From Laetmonice hystrix (Eukaryota): a DNA stretch of 64,000 nucleotides. The DNA lies in contig OZ249436.1 in the NCBI GenBank assembly GCA_965235115.1, positions 55,802,001-55,866,000 on the forward strand, in the 5' to 3' direction. Every line of letters begins with the position of its first letter. The first letter of the stretch is position 1. The notes beneath the pieces were generated by a model, which searched no databases, was not told the DNA's origin, and was given only the letters and a program-made list of their open reading frames with translations. Positions 1 through 12,200 of the stretch are shown here, in pieces. Both the position numbers and the translations under genes were made by a program.

Positions 1-845
1 TAGAATGGGCCTCATCTCGTCAAATCCGGTGGTGCATGATGAGTCGTGTGTTAACACCTGATACCAGTAGCGGGGTTGGCTGCCGCAGTTATTGACGATT
101 GCTTGCAATCAGAAATCAATGGGGATTCTTTTTTTCAAGCATGTTTATAGATTGAGGAAGGGACCCCCGGAAATTGTCGCAAAAACGTCCCTACAGTTCC
201 TCATTCAGGATATAAAAGGGCGAATGTTAAATTATAATTGCACTAAGAAAACAGGCCATGGTTCCAACATATTGTGTACACAGACGGTTCGCCTCGTGAA
301 AAGTGGAAATCTGAATATATTAGTGTCAGTGTCTCGCTCACGTATGTTTTGTATAGCGTTCAGTGCCAAGGCTGTGAAGTTTTTAAATGGTTTAAATCAG
401 CCGTGTACCTCCAATGCTTCAGTATTAGTTTAGATGACTTCCATGTGCGACGATTTTCTGTGAAATGAAGCATTGAATCCAAAGCAATGTATTTCGATGG
501 CATTACACACGCTACACTACAGACGAGTGTGTCTTTATATCAACTATCTGTTAGAACCCAGAACCAATGCAGTACCATCGAGATGACTTTCAGCTCGTTG
601 TCACCGTATTTGATATCGTGAGACATTACTGAGTTATCCTATTGATATAATATAAACCAAGACCTCGCTCGGCAGGAGCAGCAAAAATAGGGTAATTGTA
701 TTGTTGTCCGCGTAATTCTTCATTATCTTCGGCTAGGTCATGAGGGTTATGTACGCCAAGCCTGGCCGTGCATCGTTATACCTCGGGGGGCAGGCTTAAT
801 GGCCGCTCGTTACAGGAGAGTTGTTAATCATCGTTAACTGATGGC

Positions 846-936
846 GGAACGACTTCTTACCGTCTGCTTACCGTTACGTTACCAGCGTCGGGAACGACTT
901 CTTACCGTCTGCTTACCGTTACGTTACCAGCGTCGG
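846..936. repeat. Exact 45-bp tandem duplication
   Basis: GGAACGACTTCTTACCGTCTGCTTACCGTTACGTTACCAGCGTCG occurs twice (846, 891). Confidence 0.9.
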
Positions 937-2957
937 GAGTCTCCACGTGACCGCACGACGGGTAGGATGAAAGCGGAGGTGGTAATGAGTTATGACGTCA
1001 CATGTCGGAAGATGGGAGACGCCGAGGGGATGGGTGCTGCCTCGGTCCGCTCCTCGTACACGTACACGTACTCGCAGAGGTCTTTTGACATTTACAAAAC
1101 ATGGCCATGTTCTTTTCAGGATGATTCATGGTATTTCAAAAAGAGTAAAATCTAACTTGACACCATTTCAAGAGAGCATGTTGTGATTTAATCTTGCAAG
1201 AACTTTCTTTGTGAAAATGGCATGAAACGATCGCCCCAGGGGCTTAGTTTTTTTCTTGTGTTGTTTTGAAGAAGTTAAAACCCAAAGGGGGAATAACGTT
1301 TGTGCGAACAGGGACGTATGTCTGGCAGTCATGTTCCTTTGTGTATTTGAAGCTGAAACACATAGGGTGTGTCGGAAGTGGATGAGTGTGTCTTTGCTCT
1401 GCATAATATTATGGTTGTGATTCATAGGAAGTGAATAGGTCGGGGATTTAGCTCTAAGTGCTCGTTAACATAGGACGTTTTGCTCGTTATTAACGGGTAG
1501 TTAACGTTAAAACATAGGACGTTTTACTGGTATGAACGGGTTCTTAACGTTGATGGAAAATTAAGGAATGACGGAATCTATGGGCAAGGATGCTGTCCTG
1601 TGCTGTGGCTCAGAAGGGTTAGTCTAGTGGGGAGTGGGATGGGGATGGATGCATGGGGAACTGGAGTAAGTTTTGGCATCTCTGTAGTGGGTTGTTGTAC
1701 TTGATCATCATCTCCTACATGATCAAGATGGTTATGATTGTTGTCGGTTTGCGACTGCTGGCCTCCAATCGTCGTGATGCGACTGAAGAGATAGACACAC
1801 TGTATACAGAGGCGCGTGTTTCACATGGCCGTTATACATATCGTTACACAGCCCGGCATGTTTTATGGACGTATGGGGACGGTACATGTATACGGGGTGC
1901 GTGCTACGACTCTACGACACCCGTAAAGGTACAAGGAGACCCATAACTACGGCTCCATAGTCATAGAACTAATATAAAACGTATGCTCCATTTCTGTTGT
2001 TAAGTTTTACATAATTCAGGATATAAAATAACCCATGGGTCAGTACAGCAGAGAAGGACTGGTGATCTAAATATAAAGACAAAGAGGACGTCGTAATTAG
2101 CATGGGAGAAAGACGTCGAGAAACACCTGTATCGTTGTACCAACTACATTGTTCTGGGAGCTTGGTGATTACTCACAGTGGCCAGAAGTCATTTATCCCC
2201 GTTCGCTCTAATCCCCATATAAAAATTTTCCTTGGAAAATTTTACACGAATGTTACACGACGTCTTGACGGTTCTTATGTCGCGGGTATGAGAGAAAGCC
2301 GCAACTGTGGCAGCAATCTCTGCTTCATTGGTCGCCTTTTCTTGTTATAGACTAGTGATTGACAATTTGAGGAGGACAATACTTCACCTTTGGATGTACG
2401 TGTCGGATGTTGGTACATTTTGTTGTTGTACGTTATCTGTATATTGCAAATCGATATGTCGTGTTTTTATCAAATAAATATCTGTACATGTGGTCAATTA
2501 ACTGAGATCTGATATTTCTTTGCATAGCTTTAATGTCAGTGTAAAAACGTTGTCTTGTGTGACAGAGCGTGTATGATTTTCGGCTTGCTAACTTTGGTCA
2601 CTAACATACCTGAGGTGATTATAATGTACTGTGCATCTTGTGTATAAGGTGGCTTTCGATATAAAGATTTTGTATATTGTTCTCCGGTGCAGTGAATATA
2701 TTTTGTTTGTGTTCACGTTTATTAAACATCTTACAGAAAGGAGCCATCAAGAAGCGAGGGTATATGGAGGCAATGGGGATTAGGTTAGTTTGCACGACTT
2801 GTGTGATAGGTTCAGCTTTAGTTTGTCAAACTGCACGAATCCTTGACCCCCACACAGTATGTGGAACGAGTCTGAGCACAGAACACTTCCTATTGCGAAG
2901 GAAGCATTTTGTTTGTCATTTATAATGATCGCCGATTATTGTGATAATTATGTTTAA

Positions 2958-3342
2958 AGCAATCAGAGAGTATCTCTCATTGCAATGACTCAAAAATGCA
3001 GACATGGGCTGTATGGTTAGATAAGGCCTTAGACTATAGAAATCAATAAATGTATACCAACAGAAATGGAGAAATCTAATGTTGAACTGGCGTTGATTTG
3101 AACAGCCAATGTAATTCATCGGGCGATGAACCAATGAGTTTCATTGGCTGTTTAAGTCAATGTCAGGTAAACAACCAGCCATGAAACGATCGCTTCATAG
3201 CGACAACAGACAACTGGAATGTTGAATTTCATTAGATTTCTCCATTTCTGTGGGTATACATTAAATTTTGAGGCCTTATCTAACCTAACAGCTCATGTCT
3301 GCATTTTGGAGTAATTGAAATGAGAGATATTCTCTGATTGCT
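2958..3342. mobile_element. Kolobok-type palindromic MITE
   Basis: TTAA|AGCAATCAGAGA...TCTCTGATTGCT|TTAA: TTAA TSD (2954-2957, 3343-3346), AG/CT termini, long imperfect inverted arms. Confidence 0.8.
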
Positions 3343-4202
3343 TTAATAGGTGACGTTCAATTGAAATAAAAAAGTCTTGTTACTTTTCAAGAATATGTCT
3401 GCTTGTTTTCTGTTCAAGTGTTTATAGAATAAAACATCTACACTATAAGTCAGTAGGTGCTCATTATTGTATCCTATTATACCCGCAAGGTGGCAGTATG
3501 ATGGGTGTATGATAAGCTCATTGTCCGTTGTTTCGTGGTATCAATGGGTAGGCCTAAGGTGTTACTTTTGAGATGACTCAAGTCAGTGAACTGCCGTGAC
3601 GTCACGGGTAAGAATATAGATATAGAATCCCCCAGGGCCGTATCACTACCACACCATAGCGTTACGAAAACGGGAGTCCTTCCACCGGACTATTCGGCAG
3701 CCTACTGACTTTTGCCACCCAAATGAAAAATGGAGGCTGATTCTTCTCCCCCCCCCCCCCAGTAATCGGACCTGTGTCGTGAATTAGAGACCCCCCCCCC
3801 CTTGTATTTCAAGAGCACTTCAAAATATATACGGAGGGTTCAATTAAGAAAATTAGTGTTATGGGCCAATGTAGGGCCACTGTCGCCCCCACTCCATCCC
3901 TCGTTCATATAGGGGCACACTTGGTGTGGGGGGGGGGGGGGGGTCAGGAACTCCCTTTTTCTATTTAGACGATTTTACGACACACACCAAGCGGATTTTC
4001 TAAATATATTCTAGGCTACTTGTCAATACTTGACAAATCTAGTAGATCATATTCTGCTAAGCCAAGCTAACATGGTGATCGAAGAATGTCGAGTACCCTC
4101 CTTATCGAACGCATGCTATAGAGTAGTATAGTAGGTGTATAACATTCTTGTCACCGTCTTCCACGTCGTCTTGGCACTGCGACGAACACATCACTCGATA
4201 CA

Positions 4203-5625
4203 ATGTCCCTTACGTGGATGAAAGGCTGCGCCAAAGTAACTGCGATTTCAGGGACAAAGGCACATGACTTCAAAGGGTAAGGGAATCGCTTGTATTCTGA
4301 CACGGAATGCCGGGGCATACATGTTCGCTACAAAAGACGGCTATTATTTTGATAAATGTAGGCCTACATGTACAGATCTTACAGTGGGGCACATTAAAAC
4401 CAATTACACTTTTGTGCGACTGTCCTAATATCTTCTACAGGAGGAACAGAGAAATAGTTACAAGTCAAGATACCTTAACTCTACTGATGTTTTTACATAT
4501 ACCTGCCCATCAAACATGCAAATAGCACTGATGTAATCACCTCACTTTAGCAAAGCTTCGCTTTCGTTTTGTATTGGAATTGGGGGTATATGGTAGTCGT
4601 CAATACTGTCAATACGAAGAAGAAATTGAAGAATGTGAAGCAAAAACAAACGTATAGGTAAACGAATGAACTGAAATTGGTTAAAGTGTTAAAGCGAAGT
4701 ATGTTGTTTAAAAGCTCGGTATGTACATGTAAGTCTGCCTGTGAATAGATCCACCCGGTTGGTATTTCTGCAATACCAGAGCACTGATATGCCTGTCAAA
4801 GTTACAGTAGACCTATATTCTGTCAGGAAATCGATAAGTGGCGGGTCCCCGCCTTTAAATAAGAGTTTCCCGGTTGTTTGCCGTCTGATCAACTTTACAC
4901 TTCGCCTTCTTGTCACCGGCGCCAAAATAGATCGATAATGGATTGAAAAGGTCAATCATATCTCAAGACAAGACATATTGACAGACATTATAATTAACAG
5001 GGATATGAAATGGTATACCTATGACTTCTGCGCCATTAATTAATAGATATTCAGTAGCGTACCCGAGGAGGGTGCTTGGGGTGCTCAAGCACCCCCCTCA
5101 ATTTGCCTAATTTTTTTTTGGGTGCGCTTGTTGCCCACAGCCCCCTCCCAATTTGCAGCGCCTACAACGTTGGTTATTTCCAGCACCCCCCTTGGTCCAA
5201 TTTCTGGGTACGCCACTGATATTATAGTATTAAATCCATTGATTTTTCATGCACATGTATACCGTGTTTCGGCCAGCCCGCCGCCTGACGAGCACGAGGA
5301 CCGTATGGAGGACATGCTCGGACAGCGCCACCTGGAGGAATTGTTACAACTCTTCCTGACTCACACGCCGAGAACCCCGCCCCTGTCCCCCGGCCACCGG
5401 CCCGGCCTGCTCGACCTTCACGAGTTCAAGGACACCATGGCCCACGTTCTTAAAACGCGTCGTTATGACACTCAGTTGGATCATCTATTCGCCAAGGTAA
5501 CCTTTCTGTTTTAACCCCATGCAGGAGAGAGAGAGAGAGAGTCGCTATAACTTTTGCTAATAAAAGAGGGGCCTATACTTTAGACATAGAAGATCTATGC
5601 TGCAAGGTTCGGATCCCGCGGGTAC

Positions 5626-5660
<35 letters not shown>

Positions 5661-8600
5661 CAGACAGACAGACAGACAGACAGAGAAAGAGAGGGAAGCT
5701 CTATACATTTTATCTCCCTTTTTGTCCAACCCCTTATATCTCCCCCCTTAAGTTTGTTTTCTTTCTCTTTTCGCCTGGGTATTTCAGCTGGATACATCCC
5801 ACGACAATTACGTTGACTGGAATGAATTCAGTGCTTACCTTCTCCAACAACTTCGAGAAAAAGATTTACAACGGGCGAGAAACTTTAACCCCTTTGCTGG
5901 TGATCCACGAATCAAGCATATTGTTCATAACCGGGTGAGGAAACACGACAACGGGTACTTTCCGACATGTGAAATTGAAATTCTATAGCATCACTATAAT
6001 TGTGCTGCAGCTGTGAGAAATATAAGTGATAGCAGTTGATGTGACAAAGCAATAGTGCTTGCGTTCTAACAAGTAGGGAGTTTCACGGCATGCAACAAAA
6101 AGGGTACATGGTTACCTAAAACTCTTGCCATGCAGTTGTGAGGCAGGACTGTATATTATCGAAGAGAACCCGCCAGAACGCGGCAGTGCAGCTCAGAGAG
6201 AAAGGATGTTTATTTTACTTATTAGATAGTTCTCGTACACGGTCATTAATTTGAAATTATAAGCACATATAACTAATTTTCTAATAAACAGAAGTAAGAA
6301 TATGTTTCCCAATAAGTAGTATTACTGATTTATTATAATTGTTTCCAGTTTCTATATTCTATAGATTCTTTCTCTCTTTTCAACAGCAAGAAACTACAAT
6401 CAAAGTCGTGCCCATCGACTGCCCTTTTCGCTATATTACCATAAGCCGGGTAAGGTCACATAAAAATACTAAGGGCAAGTATTACTACAAGAACCTAGTT
6501 ATTACTGCAATAATCACTGCTAGGTTTCTATATCGGCGAGGCTATCCCTAAAAATGAAATTAGGCCAGCCTGCGTATACCTATACGGAGCCCCTAAAGGG
6601 ACATGTGGGAATTCTAAGATATTATTTCGTTCCATCGAAATATGTTTCGATCCTTCCAAATAGATTTCGTTCCCTCCAAATACATTTCGTTCCCTCCACT
6701 ATAGGCCTTGTTGGCGCAGTCTCTGTTTCATTTGCGGTTTAGCAAATGATTTCAAATCAAATTCTGACAGCGCATCGCAAGAGGGCCGGGTAAAAATGTG
6801 TATACTTAAATGTTGATGCTGAACAAAATAAGGCTAATTGGCACTGTACAATATGGTGACAGGTCACTTAAAGCAATAATTATCTGTGATTTGGAAGGAA
6901 CGAAATGTATTTGGCGGGAATGAAATGTATTTGGAGGGAACGAAATCTATTTCGAAAAGACGAAGCTGATTTCGAGAGAAAGAAATGTATTTTGAAGGAA
7001 TGAAATATATTTTGAGGGAACGAAATGTATTTGGAAGGATCGAAATATATTTTGATGGAACGAAAAATATTTCAGAATTCCCACATGTCCCTTTAGGGGC
7101 TCCGTACTAACCCGTGGTCTACGAAAAGGACAGGCCAAAGTATCACAAAGAAAACTTCGAAGAGAACATGGGGAAACTCAATTTTCTCCCCCGGTTTATG
7201 AGAAGGACTTCCATGTGTGCGGGCTCTAGGGATTCCATGGCCATCAGTTCAAAAACCGACAATGTGAGGAACAAAACGTAACAAGGCAGTAACATGGCAT
7301 GACGTTGGTGTTTTAAGGATGGGGCGGCGTGTGTGTGGAATGCAAATATGCACCTGGGTCAGACGTTCTCTGTCACCGACACCGAGGAGAGCAGGAAGAA
7401 GAAGACGACCCACGTGAAAATGTGGATTACTGACGCCGTGTTTCTCGACAACTGTCGCAAGGTGGCGGTCGCAACAACAGGGCGAGATCTTCACTTCTTC
7501 GACGTGTCGCCCGGGAAATATGACCGAGAATTCAGGCTCTATGGTAACGTCATAATATTTGATATTATGTGGCTAATTTAGATACTCTTAATGGCAGTTT
7601 ACCCATAAAAAATTCTACTCTATCTATATTATTGACAAGTGGCGGACCCAGGGGGAGGCGTTGGAGGCTTAACTCCCTCCCCCCCCCCCCCAGCTGACTC
7701 CAGAGTTGTCATTTTGCAGTGTGTCTACGGCCCACCTCCTGGATGTAGCCCCCCCCCCCCCGTTGCAAATTCCTGGATCCGCCCCTGATTGAATATATTT
7801 ACCGCTCGGATATTGAATTTTATTACCAAAGTAGTATATCCATATCCTTTGAACAGCTACTGAAACGAGCACGAGGACCTTTTCTCCTTGCTCATGCGGA
7901 TCGATATACTTCGCAATTCAAGTACCCCGATGTAGCAACCACTTTTGTCATTTTTACCACTTTGTCACAGGTCACCACTTTTGTCGCACAAAATGCCCAC
8001 CTTTGTCACAGGTCACCAATTTTGTCCCAAAATAGCCCACTTTTGTCGTTCTCGAGGGCACCACTTTATTCATAATTTTTGGACCAAATTTGTTAGGCCA
8101 CGACTTTTGTCATGCACCATGCACTGTGCCCACTTTTGTCACACCGAACATTTCTCCCTAATAACCTTGATTTTTAGACTGAAAAATCTCCTCCCCCCTC
8201 CTCCTGTGATATACCTGACTATACTTGTATGATTCCGGCGTACATTGTACGATTTTTGAACCCGTTTGTACGTTGTACGACTTACGCATTTACTTTACAT
8301 TTCTGTCAATGTCAAAAATACGATTTGTCAATTTGGCACACTTTAGAATAAGTCTGTAGTCTCCCCATGTGATTGAATGTAATCTGATGATGTGTAAAAT
8401 TTCTAAAGATCATAATTTTCTATTAAATTTAAAGAGTTAAGTTTTGATGAAAAAATTCTTTGGAGTTGTTTCTTTACTAAAATGAACTCCAAGCCCAGTA
8501 TTGGCTGGTCACTCGAGTCTTTCTGTTGTCTCTGTGGATGTTTGTGTGTAAAAGGCCCAGATACACAGACCGATGCACCCAAGATTACCATGCAAGTCCT

Positions 8601-9106
8601 GCTTTAGGCCGATCGTAAGCGCCATTAAATGTCTCTTAGTGTTTTTTCATTAGCCGTTTGACAGTGCTGTCGTCTTCTGTGACTGTTGGCTGACATCAAA
8701 ACGCAACTCAATTTTTTGTGGGTGGTTCGTACGCATGCGGCCTGGAATTGTGATTGGCATGGCATGAACAATTAATTTCGGCTCACCCTCGAATCTTGAA
8801 GTGTCGGGGTATAGTTCTTGGAGTGTCGGGATAGTTATTGATGTCTTTGTGTAAAATGTGTGCTTAACGTGCTTCTAATAATGCGTAGGCTCGCAAGTTA
8901 TAAAATTTGGCACCGGTAAAAGAAAAGGCCGGAGAAGGCGTGTAAATGTATTTTCAACTTTTTCATTTCATTTTGAACAAAAGAGGATCCTCCCAGCCAG
9001 GTCTGCTTCGGTGCGCCGTGCATATAGAGAGACAGACAGACAGAGACAGACACAGGGGAAAGAGAGATAGGGGAGGGCAATAGAGAGAGGGAGAAAGAGA
9101 GAGAGA

Positions 9107-9161
<55 letters not shown>

Positions 9162-9217
9162 GGAGAGATATGGGGGAGGGAGAAAGAGATATGTAGGGGA
9201 GAGGCAGAGAGGGATGC

Positions 9218-9266
<49 letters not shown>

Positions 9267-12200
9267 AAGAGAAAAAAGAACAAGTGAATTTGGTCTTAGT
9301 CGACTAGATTCGTTCATCCTACCGTTCGAAGATCTGGCGTCTGAGACAACACGTGATAACCCAATGATAGCCGCCATACGGAACTATGCCACAGATCGAC
9401 CCACTGACGGGGAACGGGTTGTATTGCTACATCCCTTTAGAAGAGTCGTATCGCACTTTTCTCAGCCTTGCACCCTCCCGGCTCCAAGTGGATACTGTGT
9501 GACTCATCATACTGTCAGTGTTTGAACCATAAGCACGTGTTGCCAGACTACGACCGAACGTGGACCCATGCAAGCTCCTTCCGACCATCAGCCAGTTCAT
9601 GGGAGACAGACCCGAGTCTATCTAAGCGATACTTTCAGACGTGACCGTTCACTGTACATTTGACCAGTGGTTTCGTGGCTTTATATAGTATGGAGGTCAA
9701 GCTGGACCTCCAGAGTGGTGTCACACACAACCACATTGTTTTACTAAGATAAAAACATTTTACAGGCAACAACCAAAGCCCTGGAGGTGTAGATCCCGTC
9801 TGTAGCACTAAAAATAGGGGGACCATCCATAGTTTCTTCCTGCAAGTTCATTTTATTAAAAGATATTAATAAAAATGATAAAATCAGGGCACCATGGGCA
9901 ATGAGGCACGTGACACCGACGTTCTGCATACGACAGTCGTCACTCAACGTCAAGGTCCACATAGTTACAGTCATTTATATACAAATTAGGATCTCACCTC
10001 CAAAACCAATTGCCTACATGGCTGTATTTTAGTGTGTTCTTTACCACAAAGCAATATAAGTGAACACCGACTTAAACATCAGAAGGTTTTACAGGTAGAA
10101 CATATTTCTCATTAATCAAGACACCATTTCCACCGTCCTGTCTGTCCAAATGAAAACAAGGTGTACAACCAATCATGCCTAGCGGTGTCATACTGTCTAC
10201 AGGTGAAACTGTTGACTGTAACTGACTGACGTACAGAGTCACCGGCGTAAGGTGTGACAAACAAACCTGGACAATAGAAACCACTATCTGGTATTTATAG
10301 CACAAGACTTTATTAGAGGAGGGCGTATACTGGCATAGCTTTCACCTACTCTATTTACAACACAGATCTTGCTTACTTTCATATAATTCAATAAATTATG
10401 CCCAATGGTTAATTAATCACTTGATTATTGTTTGTTCATGAAGGAGTAAAAGTTTTAATATCAACTAATGCAATATGTGCCCCTGACTTCATGGATCTGT
10501 TATCCGTAAACCATCTCATTTCTGCCACGCTGTCTTTTTTGGCCTTGACAAGTTTAACAAAACCGGTCAAAAAATTATGACTAAAGTGATATCCTTAAGA
10601 ACGACAAAAGTGGGCGACGTTGTGACAAAAGTGGTGACCTGTGACAAAAGTGGGCATTTTGTGTAACAAAAGTGGTGACCTGTGACAAAAGTGGTAAAAA
10701 TGACAAAAGTGGTTGCTACACCCCCTACGTAATCTAACTTTTATAGGTCTTGATGATATCCCACTTTGCCTAGACTACCACTCCACAAAGCACGTATGTA
10801 TAACAAGGAACTTTATAGTACAAGAGCAATACTGGAAGACGACTGGTATTTCTAATGTCCCAGTTTGGGCATACTGTAACCTGCGTTTTATTCCCTCGAC
10901 TGAGAAAAGGTCAATAATATTATTTGACATAGAAATATGACTGTATACCCTGACATATACATATGAACGGAACCACGCCATGTATGAGAGACGAGACATA
11001 AAACCTTTCGTACTACACAACCATGCTTCATTACATGATTAAACGATAAAACGGTGCTACCTGAGCGCATGCTAGGCCTATGTCATGTTCCAAAGACACT
11101 GCCCCCCCCCCCCCCCCCCGGCCATAAAATCAATGTCATCTGAATGACTGGTTCTGCCGCCAGGAGTCGTCGAGGACGAAAGGTCGGCTGTACGTTGGCG
11201 ATGACGTTGGCAACGTGCACGTGTTTACCTTCCTCCAACCCCACATCAGTCTGTTCAACGTCAAGCAGAAGACAAAATATAACCGCCAGCATGTCTACTT
11301 CCCGGTGGGCCAAATTAAAAACAAAGGATATGTAACGAAAAAGGGGCTTAACGGTATAAGCTACCAACCTGCTGTGACTCAATACATGTAAATCGTCCCC
11401 CAAGGAAAAGATATAACTATACACGCCCGTTTAAGATTTCATCATACATAGTGCCAACATTAGACACTATTGGCGCGTTTTTACATTTACATAAAAAAAC
11501 ATGTGCATGTACATCTAACTCCTTCTAGGACCTGCGATCCCACGCAGCGTACGTAGAGCACACGTGCCTTGTCGGCGTCCACAAGACGTCTATACGACGT
11601 TTGGTCTATCTTCCCGACAATGACGTCATACTCTCGGCCTCGTCAGGCAGCGCCGGGGCCCTCAAACTCATTGATGAGTCGAGGAAAAGGAGGCCGTATG
11701 TGTTCAATGCATTCAAGGTAGGATTTGGCTTATAACAGGTTCTATAGTCTGTTCGCTCTAAGAAGACTCGGCCTCATTAAAGCTCTAACCTGCCCCCCTC
11801 CTCCCGTCTCACAAGTCATCACCGCCTGTCATTCAAGAATATGACCAAATTCCATGTGGTTCTGTATTACCTCAAATGAGGTAATAGCTTTAATGAGGCC
11901 GAGGTCGAGCTCTTCTTAGAGCGAACAGACTATACATCTGTCCACCCGCACTACCTTACTCGGATGATAGGCCTATATCTTCTCGCATTTTTCTTCCTCA
12001 GGAAATCGAATGTTTCGCCTACAGCAAAGCCCTGAACGTGCTGGTGACTGGCAGTTCGGACCACCTGGTGCGGGTATGGAACCCATACGTCACGTCCAAA
12101 CCGGTGGCCCATCTCCAAGGTCACACCGTGGGAATCGTCGACGTGGCCATTCACGAGACCCTGGCCCTCATCCTCAGCTATTCCCGGGACGCTGTAAGGA

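Noticed and set aside
1653..1946. ORF whose hydrophobic stretch loosely resembles a retroviral Env transmembrane helix
   Set aside because: The resemblance is limited to a generic hydrophobic segment; no other env, pol or LTR features are present.
8898..9525. ORFs rich in SL/RE repeats (also 5573-5938 and 20488-20778)
   Set aside because: Translations of GA or CTTT microsatellites.
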